A stretch of 64,000 nucleotides of DNA, from assembly GCA_946965045.2 (NCBI GenBank), contig OX337239.1:2170001-2234000 (forward strand). Reading direction: 5' to 3'. A program made the translations under genes and the position numbers. A model generated the notes under the pieces. That model saw only the letters and a list, made by a program, of their open reading frames with translations, searched no databases and was not told where the DNA came from. The DNA comes from Epithemia pelagica (taxonomy: Eukaryota > Protista > Bacillariophyta). Positions 1-10,088 of the stretch are shown one piece after another (position 1 is the stretch's first letter; each line of letters opens with the position of its first letter).

Positions 1-3
1 TAT

Positions 4-1186
4 GTGACAAGCGCTACCAACGAAACTCCACAGATGGGTATGAAACAAGGAGTGAGGATGTTTGGAGATCTGGGAGTCTCGGCAGTCAAGAAAGAAGTTC
101 TACAACTTCATGACCGAGACGTGATTCGAGCAATTCACAAAAGCCAACTTACAAAAGAACAAATACGCCAAGCCTTAGGACACTTGATGTTCCTAAAGAG
201 AAAAAGGAATGGGAAGATCAAAGGTCGTGGTTGTGCAGACGGTAGAAAGCAGCGGGGTCATATTGCAAAGGAAGACACAGTCTCACCAACAGTATCAACC
301 GAGGCGGTATTTATCACGGCAATAGTTGACGCGATGGAGAAGCGAGAGGTGGCAGTAGTTGACATCCCAGGTGCATTTATGCAAGTAATCATGGACAAGG
401 ACGTCTATATGCGCATAACGGGACTGATGGTCGACCTCTTGATCGAAATTGACAAAAGCTACGAACAATTTGTGGTTTATGAACGTGGAGAAAAAGTTAT
501 ATATGTGGAATTACTACGAGCTCTATACGGTACACTCAGAGCAGCAAGACTATTTTGGGAGAAGCTCACAAGTGTTGTGAAAAGCTGGGGCTTCGAGATT
601 AATCCATACGATTCTTGTGTGGCAAACAAAACAATCAACGGCCATCAGTGTACTCTTACCTGGCATGTGGACGATCTTAAGATCTCTCACAAAGATCCTG
701 CCGTGGTAACGCAAATCATTGAGGATTTGAACAGCACTTTTGCCACCCTTGGTGAACTGTCCATGTCACGTGACAAGCGTCATGATTATCTGGGAATGTG
801 GTTGGAGGAAGCGCCAAAGGAATTTCATGGCAAAGCCTTGACACCAGCAGCTAATCATCTCTTCATGGTGACAGAAGAGTCCCCAAAACTGAAACAAGAC
901 CAAGCCGACTATTTTCATAGTCTCACTATGCAGCTCATGTATTTGGCCCAACGGGCACGACCTGATTTGAGAGCAACTATGGCTTTCTTGAGTACTCGAG
1001 TTGCTGAGCCGACTGAGGAGGACTGGAGGAAACTCTCCCGACTAATGAAATACCTGCAGTCGACAAAAGACCTCCTGTTACGCCTCAACTGTGATGGGAG
1101 TGGCATTGTCAAATGGTGGATTGATGCGTCATACGCAATTCATCCAAATATGCGTGGACATACTGGAGCAGTCATGTCAATGGGAC
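4..1186 (+). pseudogene. Copia reverse transcriptase (outer element), disrupted at the RT/RNase H junction
   Basis: RVT_2-type motifs are present. The segment DYLGM-WLEEAP appears to lack the usual intervening stretch (inferred in-frame deletion). The ORF reads into the inserted LTR after 1186. Confidence 0.88.
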
Positions 1187-1944
1187 TGATAAACTTCTCT
1201 CGATTCAACAGGGGTTAGACAGATAGGTAGGATAGGTAAAAGGCTCGCTGAGCCGACAATCGAATCACCAACCGATACAACAATCCTCCACGGGTCAGAG
1301 AAGAGTTGCAAGTCGAAGTCCGCCGTGGGTGGGGGCAGTCCGTCCACTGATAAGAGGTTAGTCTTAAGATGAGTGTTAAAATGGTGATATTAATGATTGT
1401 GTGACGATTACTAACTAAGGTGGTTGATGGTGCCGAAGTCCTGGCTCTTGTATACGGCCATGGATCTGGTGTGATAGGTCCTCACTGGTTGGAGTAGACC
1501 GGCATTGGTGTATATTGAATGTATAGGGTGATGGATAACATGTATGGGATGCAACAGCTCTTGCTTTGTCGTGGTATAAGTCTTGTCCTGGACGCGTTGC
1601 TGTTTGCATTCTTGGATTTGTGGGAACAGAGATATGGTCTCGCGTGATCGTGATTCGTGCTTTGATTACATAGACCGTTAGGTCGAATCGTGGATGCGCG
1701 TACTCGGATAGTAGAGGCGCGCACTTGATAGTTTTGGGCGCGCACGTGTTGGGCCATAGTTAATATCCGAGCGGTCGCCGATAACGCGTGCAATGCGAGC
1801 ATGCCTTGGCCAAATTTATAGTTTCGCAAGCATGCCGACATTCTTTTCTCACTTTTAGGAAAATGTCATCGGATGCCATAAAATACTAGCATCATTCGAT
1901 GAGTTGTAGGTTTCGCCACCTAGTTTTCGGTGGGAATCCTAACA
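1187..1944 (-). repeat. 3' LTR of the inner copia
   Basis: Direct repeat of 8607-9364 (offset 7420). Differences seen at 1569/8989, 1592/9012, 1828/9248 and 1936/9356. Confidence 0.97.
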
Positions 1945-4900
1945 CTCCCCACAATTCGTCGAATGAGGATTGTCAATTCCCTCATCACTTTCCTGGATTT
2001 TTCCTCTCCAGAATAACAAAGATCTGAGCATGGGCCAAACTGCGGCGAATTCCCAATGTTTACTGAGAATATCAGCTGGGTTTGTCTTTCCATCTTTCCA
2101 GTAGAATGCGACGTACTTTGCAGCGATAGCTTCACGGACTCGGTGATAGGATAGGAGATGGTGCCTCTTGGAGATGATTGAGTGTGGTGCGGTGCTATTG
2201 ATAACGACAGAGCGGTTATCTCCAAACATGTAACTCTTCTCTCACAGAGGGACTCCCAAGTATCGGAGTGTAAGGCGTAGCTCCGTGATCTGATCAACTG
2301 CAGTCCTTGCGGCAACAAATTCAGATCCATACGTGGCTGTTTCCACTGTGGCTTGTCGCTTACTGTACCAGTCCACGGGTGTACCATTTACAAAATGCAG
2401 GATGGCTGTAACTGCTTTCCCAGTAACCATATCATGCATGAGATTTGCGTCGACATAATGTATAGTTGTCACAAAACGCCCAAGTGGGGTTGGACAGTCC
2501 TCAGGGATACGTTCCTTGGCGTCCATGTATACGGTACGACTCCAATTGTATTCTTGGATAGGTAAAGCTGATAAATCTGGCTCCCCAGTGCGGAATCTGA
2601 TAGACCCATCAGGAAATGACATGAGGTATCCATAGATGCGTTTAGCTCGCTTCAAATGACCAATCCTTGGAGCAGCTCTGAACCTTGATAGAGTCATGGT
2701 AGCAGGAAAGACATCAAAACGGCCAATGGTAATTAGCCATTGCAGTTGTCCAATAAGAGTCTGGAAATGCTGGGTCCCTTCTTCATCTAAGAGCTCAGAG
2801 TCATCGAGTTCAGGATGATCGTTAGCAATGACTGGCGGCTTTGCTTTCTTGGGTTTCTCATTGAACAATCGTTCATAGGTATCCATCATCTTCTCGATGT
2901 ACCTTCGTGGGTCAGACACAAGTGTACCGTCTGGATCTTTGGTATAACGACACCCCAAATGATACTCGATAGGTCCGACTCCTTTGAGTTTGAAGTTGTA
3001 TTTTTCTGTAAAGATCTTGCAGACAGCTTCAGGGTCCATGGCAACGATAGCTAAGTCATCAACATATACAGCGATATATTCATAACAGTCTTCTCCAGGA
3101 GCCTTCTTCATCCAAATATCAGGGTCAGCCTTGCTTGGAGAAAATCCCATATCAATGAGGACATCAAACAGTTTGTCATGCCAGCGAGCACCTGAGGATT
3201 TGAGACCATATAATGCCTTGTAGATGATCAAGATATGTCCTTCTAACTCCTTGAACTCTGGTCCTGCAATGATGAAAATCTTCTCTCCTGTCAATGCTTC
3301 TAGGTATGCGTTCCCAATATCTGCTCCCCATATTTCCATGTCGTTCATGGTTCCAAGAAATATGGCAATGCGAAGGTTGCGAATGGAGACAACCCCTGAA
3401 TAGATGGTCTCAACGGGTTCCTTGGTGAGATGTCCATCTGCGACAAGTCGTGCCTTGTGCCTTCCGTCATGCTTGACATCAAAGACCAGATGTACTCTTA
3501 TCTTATGATATCCTTCTGGTGCATTGGCCAATTTCCCATTAATGAACTTGGCTTTTCCATGGTCCTTGAAAGTGTTATACGATTGGATCTGTGAGAGTTC
3601 CAATTCTGTTGCGTCTTGCCATTTCGTGTTCCCAAATTGCTTGTCTAGTTCCACTGCTTCTTCATAGGTGCGAGGTACTTGGAAACCAAACTTGTACTTG
3701 ATAGAGCGACAAACTTGTTTGATCCTGGATTGTTTAGCTGCTCGAATGAGTCTTTTGCTTGTCTTGACGTATCGCTTGAGATGTTTCCATCCAGGTAGAT
3801 CCAGCAAACCATTTTTCTTGGCATAGATGGCGACTGTGATGGGGTCATCATTTGCAATAAGAGATAGAGGTTCGTATGTCGTCTCCCCAGTCTCCCAATC
3901 AACAAGGACATTATATTTACTCCCTTTATAGTCTGGGTCGCTTGAGTTCAAAGGTCCTTGGTGTGCAATAACGTCTCTGAATCGGAAGAGACTATCCCCT
4001 GTCGTTTGGGCTTGATTATCCCTTTCAATGTATTCCATGAGCTGGTTGTAGGAGATCATCACATCAACATTGGAGTTAGACTTGCGAAAGATATATTTGA
4101 GTCGATCTTCTTGTTTGGTTGCATCTTGTTCCAGGTCGACAACTCGTTTGATTACTCGTGCTCGGTGGCGCTCCCCATTCTCTTCAGTGTCACAAAGGAA
4201 TGTGCGTCCAACTAAATCGTCGTAGTCAATTGTTGGCATAGGTGTGGATGGGTCTTCACTTCTGCTGCGAATAAAGACAGTGTCACCTTGCTTGTCAGTG
4301 GGTTTATGCGGCGACTCCTCCCCTGAAGAGATATCCACACGAAGGTTGGGGGTAGTGGAGGCAACGCGACGGACAGCGGAACGGTAGATGATGACGTTGT
4401 CGGCAGTGAGGATCTTCCAAGTAAAGGCATCACCAACATTGTGGGCAAAACCAACCCAGTGGCCAAGCTTCTCGTCGGGAGACGATGGGTAAGAACCAGA
4501 GGTAGGTTCAGAAGGATCGACACGATAGTAGACCTCATCCCAGAAAGGAAAGAAAAGGAGATGGGTAATGTCGGGTGGGGTACCGGTAAGAGCCTCAAGA
4601 GGGGTGCGGCCAGAGTGGGTGGGAGAGGAAGTGTGATTGAGGAGGTCACACACATATTCTAAACAAAGTAACCATGCAGAAGCAGGGCAACCAGAGGCAT
4701 GCATGATAGCATTGGTCATACGCTTAACGGTCTGGTAGCGGTTCTCAGCTTTGTTCTGGTGTTGATGATAGGGCTCGGAACGGTATTCACCAATCAGAAG
4801 GGTGCGAAGAATATCCTTGACCTTGTGGGAAATAAGTGACGAACCACCATCACTGATCAAAGTCTCCATGACACCACGTGTACGAATGTTATCCTGGAGG

Positions 4901-7620
4901 GTATTGACGAATTGCTTGGTAGACTTGATACCATAAATGTCAGTAACCAAAGTATCACGACCAACAAAAATCTGAGCAATCTTGCCACCATGGTTAACAG
5001 CCGGGGTGTCGGAGAAGATGGAGTCAGTGGCAACGGGTTCATGCCGTCGTGGTAGGTTAAGGATAGGATTCCGGGCCTTAAAATGTTTCTTCAAGGTATC
5101 CTGGTCAAAGGAAATGTGTCAATGACGAGTTGTATGTTTGAACGTATCGGCGATTACGTCTTCCGATTGCCACCCAAAGAAAGGGCGAAATTTCTTCCAG
5201 TCGTATTGTTCCTTGTAGAGTTTGTGGACAGACGCATGAAGTGTGGGGTCGTTGCCATCTTGATCAGCATAGATGGAAAAGAAGGAAGGTGTATCGGGGC
5301 CATGATCATATGGGAGATCAAGGAGGAGATTCAAAGTGCATACAACGCGATCGGTATACTCCCCATATTGGTCATAGGGGTACGTTTCCATACTACCATC
5401 AGTCTCCACAGATGTCCAGTTCGGTGCAGGGTCTTGATGGGGGTCTGGATGGGTATGGTCAAGTACAGAAGGATCCCAGATATGGGGTGAAGTGAACACA
5501 ATATGCGGATATTTATCCATATCGTCATCAGAAGGGATTCCCAGAGATTGAATGTATGCAAGGCCATCCTTGATTCGTAAGGGCAATGCACGTCCATCAA
5601 GGGTAGTAATGCGTTGTTTGCCATCAACCTTGACGGATCGTTCGTCGACAGATAGGCCGAAATGTTCAAATTGCGCTGGGGCATGGATAGATAAACCCTT
5701 TCCATAGTGGGCATACTCATTGAAGATACCAATAATGGGTCCATCACTTGTATCAAACTTGGCAGCACAGGTAACAACTGGAAGGCCAGTCAATTCATGA
5801 TTGTCAATACCTACGATGGTAATATGACGTCCGGTTTTGGCAAGGACGCGCATGTCAGATCCTGCAAGGCCTCCATTGGCACCTCGATCGATGAGTTGAT
5901 TACCAGAAAAGGTGGATTTGCGGGAGAATAGATATCGTGACATATGAACCTTTTGCTTGTGATCGGCAGAAGACTTGAACTTGACTTTAGGACTTGACTT
6001 TGTCGTAGAAGTTGACAAGATGTTGCTGAGGTCAGATGCTGGATGATTGATATCTGTCGATGCAATAGCCTGGTGTACGAACTGGGTAACCGTATCAGAG
6101 GATGTATCGAATGGATCTTGTTCTGGTGCATCTTGATGGGTATCACCAATGTTGTTGGCATCAGGATCAGGGTCCGGTTCAGGATCAATGTCAACAGAAT
6201 GTGTTTGGACCTTGCGTGGAGTTGTCGGGGGATCTTGGACGGATTTCTTGAAGTCGACAATGGTTTGCCGATCCTCTTCAGAGAGTTTAAACCATACATC
6301 TCTTGGAAGGCTGATTTTCGACGAAGTTGGGGACTTTTCGGATTGGATATTTGTGTTGTTGATCTGGTAGTCAGGGGGCTCCACTGGTTCAAAAGGTTCA
6401 TCCAACTGAAATTCATGTTGCTTTACATGACGACGGCGGTTAGACGCAGAAGTTCGGGTAGCTTGGTCATGGTCAAAAGCAGCATCAAGAAGCAGGCGGA
6501 AATATGATTGATAACAGAGAGACTTGGCTCCAGATTTTGTGTTGACAACGTTATCCAAGATCTTGACTCGTCTTAAATCAGGTACCTTTTCAACAGCTTG
6601 CATAAGGAAGGTCATCCTTGTATGGTCATGGATACGATCCGACAGTGGTACAAGGTTATCCAGAAGTCGTAGCTGTTCTTGAAAATGTAGGAGAAACTGA
6701 CGAGTTGTACCACGCCAAGAGTCATCCAGTCGAAGATTCGAAATGTAGCTTGTTAGGCGTAACACTTCTCGCTTAGCTAGATCAGATTCAGTGTGTAGAA
6801 CATGGAGTTTCTTCAAGACGGCTCTTGCATCTTCATCATGTTCATGTTCTCGAACATATGCTCTTCCTTGGTCGGTTTGGATAATACGTACAAGTACAGA
6901 ATAGACAAAGACTTGTTGTTCTCGGAAAAGTAACTCTGCGCATTCGTCATCCTTGGGTACCTTGTAATCGAAATCAAGAACATTCGACAATCCTTGTGCT
7001 TTCGCAGTTGATTTGAATACACGCCAAAACGAATCAAAGTATCGTTCGTCTTTGAATGATTCAAATGCTGTTGCATCTCTTTTGGTTCCTTTCTTGAAAG
7101 CAGAGAGATCTAACATGGATTGAGATGTTGTAGAGGATGTAGTGGGAGATCGGGATGATACGGAGTGTGCAGGTGATTTCAGAGGAGAAACTGGGTCTTG
7201 GTTCATACCAGACTTGGTAAAGTCGGTGTTGATCCTCCAATCGTCATATTGGTCCCTCGTGAGGTTCATCCATGTAGCACGGGGTAGTTTTCCATGTTGG
7301 AGTTGCCGTTGTTGTAGTAACCAATATGCCATTAGTTTGAGTTGTAATCTTGTACTTGTCTGTAGGTCGTTGACTTGTTTTCCAACCTTGTATTGCATGA
7401 GATCCTTGAGTGTCTCCTCGGGATCAGTTGCAACATGGTCGAGGACATGAAGGATATGTTCAAAACCATGATGTCGCATCCACTTTTGAAGTGATTGGGC
7501 TCGTTCATCATTACAACCAAAGATGCCTTTAGTTATATGGTCGAAGAGATCTTGGTTGGTTATATGACTTGACTTGTCCTCAGGAGGAGTAAACGGTGTC
7601 TTGGGAGGTGTCGCTTCCAT
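1939..7620 (-). pseudogene. gag-pol polyprotein of the inner copia with two in-frame TGA codons (5119-5121 and 2242-2244)
   Basis: The three listed ORFs (5119-7620, 2242-5094, 1939-2229) share one frame. Motifs: protease LIDRGANGG; integrase D,D,E (ATDSIFSD, ISDGG, NKAENR); RT YVDD; RNase H VDANL, GSEFVAAR, MFGDN, NPADILSK. Confidence 0.9.
1945..1952 (-). other. Polypurine tract of the inner copia
   Basis: GTGGGGAG directly precedes the TGTTAGG start of the 3' LTR on the minus strand. Confidence 0.75.
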
Positions 7621-7703
7621 GATAGTACTTGTATGGTTCAGCTGTTATCACAGTGTGTAGCGTGATGTCCTTGCGAGAATTTTATTTAACCGGTGTGAAA
7701 AGA

Positions 7704-7763
7704 ACCCGGATGTGACACGTATGAAGGTACCCGGATGTGTGATGTGCTTGGAACCCGGATGTG
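7704..7763. repeat. Three copies of ACCCGGATGTG in the gag leader
   Basis: Copies at 7704, 7729 and 7753, plus a degenerate AACCGGTGTG at 7688. Confidence 0.85.
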
Positions 7764-7812
7764 CGGGACTTGGTTTTGTGTCTGGTTTGATGTAGAAACT
7801 ACTTAAAGTTAC

Positions 7813-8568
7813 TTATTCTTGGTCACTTTCGGCTCGGTACTGAAGACGAGATGCGGAATCGGTCACTGTAGTGGCTAGTTCTTCAACGTCGTCGTCTTCC
7901 AACAAGTGGTTCACGTGTTGAGTGAAGAGAGGGCAGATAGTCGCACGGAAATCCTGGCAGAGATGGATCTCGTGAACAAAGGAGACGTACTCGTCGAGAC
8001 GAGTAGTCGGGGTAGGTAGCGGATTCGTCGTCGAGTTGACGATCCAGATGGTGTGGAAGTAGTTGGTTGGACGTTCAAAGGAGATGAATCGAATACGGAT
8101 GGGTTCCACAGGGTTGCCCAACAGGGCTTGGACAATGAAACGGCGTCTCGAGCACTGGTACAAGAGGTCGAGAAGTCGTTGGATGTCCTCAAGGTCAGTC
8201 ACGGGTTGGACGGACTGGAAATCGATCTCGCGTTCGGTTGTGGAACGGATCACGTCCGGGTCGGTAGTCGACTCAGTCGGCTCGCGGAAGTGTCGGATAT
8301 GCGCAGTAAGAAGACGGCTCGTACGTCGGGTGCGGGTAGGGTTCAAACGGCGAGGCGGAGTCGAAGGGTGAGTCGGAATCGAAGGAGGCTGGACCACTTG
8401 GTCCGGGGTCTGGAAGGGATTCGGAGCACTGGCCTGAGTCGGGGTCTGTTTCGGAGTTTCAATCAAGGGCTCGCCCGGATGGGACACGGGTGGATGGAGT
8501 TCCTCCCCGCTTTGTTGGAAGGAATGAAAGATGTGTCGAACAGAGAGGTTGGAATCGTCGTGAGACAT
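7813..8568 (-). CDS. Extra sense ORF (ORF0, ~251 aa) between PBS and gag, function unknown
   Basis: Uninterrupted ORF from the ATG at 8568 (MSHDDSNL...). The N-half is Pro-rich and the C-half looks ordered. No recognisable motif. Confidence 0.55.
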   Translation of the reverse strand: MSHDDSNLSVRHIFHSFQQSGEELHPPVSHPGEPLIETPKQTPTQASAPNPFQTPDQVVQPPSIPTHPSTPPRRLNPTRTRRTSRLLTAHIRHFREPTESTTDPDVIRSTTEREIDFQSVQPVTDLEDIQRLLDLLYQCSRRRFIVQALLGNPVEPIRIRFISFERPTNYFHTIWIVNSTTNPLPTPTTRLDEYVSFVHEIHLCQDFRATICPLFTQHVNHLLEDDDVEELATTVTDSASRLQYRAESDQE

Positions 8569-8592
8569 CGAAAGCTTCTCGGAAATAAACGA

Positions 8593-8606
8593 TGAGACTG
8601 TTAATC
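8593..8606 (-). other. Primer-binding site complementary to a tRNA-Asn(GUU) anticodon arm
   Basis: GATTAACAGTCTCA abuts the 5' LTR. Its complement TGAGA-CTGTTAA-TC is a 5-bp stem half, a 7-nt loop with anticodon GTT, and 2 nt of the 3' stem. There is no TGG start. Confidence 0.7.
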
Positions 8607-9364
8607 TGATAAACTTCTCTCGATTCAACAGGGGTTAGACAGATAGGTAGGATAGGTAAAAGGCTCGCTGAGCCGACAATCGAATCACCAACCGATACAA
8701 CAATCCTCCACGGGTCAGAGAAGAGTTGCAAGTCGAAGTCCGCCGTGGGTGGGGGCAGTCCGTCCACTGATAAGAGGTTAGTCTTAAGATGAGTGTTAAA
8801 ATGGTGATATTAATGATTGTGTGACGATTACTAACTAAGGTGGTTGATGGTGCCGAAGTCCTGGCTCTTGTATACGGCCATGGATCTGGTGTGATAGGTC
8901 CTCACTGGTTGGAGTAGACCGGCATTGGTGTATATTGAATGTATAGGGTGATGGATAACATGTATGGGATGCAACAGCTCTTGCTTTGCCGTGGTATAAG
9001 TCTTGTCCTGGGCGCGTTGCTGTTTGCATTCTTGGATTTGTGGGAACAGAGATATGGTCTCGCGTGATCGTGATTCGTGCTTTGATTACATAGACCGTTA
9101 GGTCGAATCGTGGATGCGCGTACTCGGATAGTAGAGGCGCGCACTTGATAGTTTTGGGCGCGCACGTGTTGGGCCATAGTTAATATCCGAGCGGTCGCCG
9201 ATAACGCGTGCAATGCGAGCATGCCTTGGCCAAATTTATAGTTTCGCGAGCATGCCGACATTCTTTTCTCACTTTTAGGAAAATGTCATCGGATGCCATA
9301 AAATACTAGCATCATTCGATGAGTTGTAGGTTTCGCCACCTAGTTTTCGGTGGGATTCCTAACA
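8607..9364 (-). repeat. 5' LTR of the inner copia
   Basis: Direct repeat of 1187-1944, followed on the minus strand by the PBS. Confidence 0.97.
9235..9240 (-). promoter_or_regulatory. Possible TATA box in the 5' LTR
   Basis: TATAAA lies ~125 nt inside the LTR 5' end on the element strand. Motif match only. Confidence 0.3.
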
Positions 9365-9369
9365 GGGAC

Positions 9370-9944
9370 AAGGGGCCGCTCTGAGCATGTCAAGCAAGCA
9401 AAAATTAGTTGCCAGAAGTTCGACTGAAAGCGAACTAATTGGGGTCCACGATGGACTTCCATTGATCATGTGGAGTAAGCAATTTATGGAGGCCCAAGGC
9501 TATCCAATAAAGGACGTGATCTTGTATCAAGATAACAAGAGTACCATCTTGCTCGAGAAAAATGGACGTGCGTCAAGCAGCAAACGAACAAAACATATCA
9601 ACATCAGATATTTCTATATCAAGGATCGTGTTGACAAGAAAGACTTACGAATTGAATATTGCCCGACTGAAGAAATGATCGCTGACTTCCACACGAAGCC
9701 GTTGCAAGGATCCATCTTCTATACTTTTCGTGATGCCCTAATGAATATCCCGAGAACTAGTAAATACCATTCCTCGCGAAGGAGTGTGTTAGGACAAGTG
9801 GATGCGAGTAAGGCAAAGGAAACGAAAAGTGCGACTGAAGAGGAAAAGGCCCAATGGACTTTGGTGACACGTCAGAGTCATAGGCACAAGATCGAGGCGA
9901 AACAAACAAATGAGCCAAGGGGAGGCTCATTCTTTTTAAAATAA
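9370..9944 (+). pseudogene. Copia RNase H remainder (outer element)
   Basis: In frame with 4-1186 once the insert is removed. Contains copia RNase H motifs and runs into the putative LTR at RRSVL. Confidence 0.88.
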
Positions 9945-10000
9945 CACGAGATCATCTCTAGTGGTTACTTGTACGGTACGACCGGAGTTGTGTTTCAACA
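9787..10000 (+). repeat. Putative 3' LTR of the outer copia (~214 bp, TGTT...AACA)
   Basis: Purine-rich gaaggag(tg) immediately precedes TGTTAGG at 9787, and the segment ends TTTCAACA at 10000. The partner LTR lies outside the window, so the boundary is unconfirmed. Confidence 0.55.
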
Positions 10001-10088
10001 TAAACAAAAGACCTTGTGACTTGAGTGATCATTCTGAAAGCCCTTAGAATCTTCAGGATCTTGCCACTGTCAAAGAGAATCGTCTACA

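Larger units (their letters stand above)
1187..9364 (-). mobile_element. Full-length young Ty1/copia (CoDi-like) LTR retrotransposon, 8178 bp, nested insertion
   Basis: Two 758-bp LTRs with TG...CA ends, a 5-bp TSD GGGAC (1182-1186 and 9365-9369), PBS, PPT, and gag-PR-IN-RT-RH domain order. Confidence 0.97.
1..10000 (+). mobile_element. Outer Ty1/copia LTR retrotransposon (3' part only), interrupted by a nested element at 1187-9364
   Basis: RT motifs KGRGCADGRKQR, LRALYG and WHVDD lie in ORF 4-1186. RNase H motifs SSTESEL, YQDN, KHINIRYFYI and ADFHTKPLQG lie at 9370-9944. Removing the insert plus one TSD copy restores the frame (VMSMGQGAALSMSSKQK). Confidence 0.92.

Noticed and set aside
1415-1841. 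ORFs inside the LTRs (also 8835-9261)
   Set aside because: They are short, duplicated only because the LTR is duplicated, and carry no protein motif. The VRAST repeat reflects a small DNA repeat.
2242-5121. Alternative genetic code (TGA = Trp)
   Set aside because: Host genes here terminate at TGA (e.g. MOB, 28654-28656), and the element has many other Trp residues read with the standard code.
7704-7763. CRISPR-like array
   Set aside because: Only three 11-bp repeats with 13-14-nt spacers, no cas genes, and a eukaryotic retrotransposon context.
8593-8610. tRNA-Asn gene
   Set aside because: Only the anticodon arm matches. There are no D-arm, T-arm or acceptor stem, so it is interpreted as the PBS complement.
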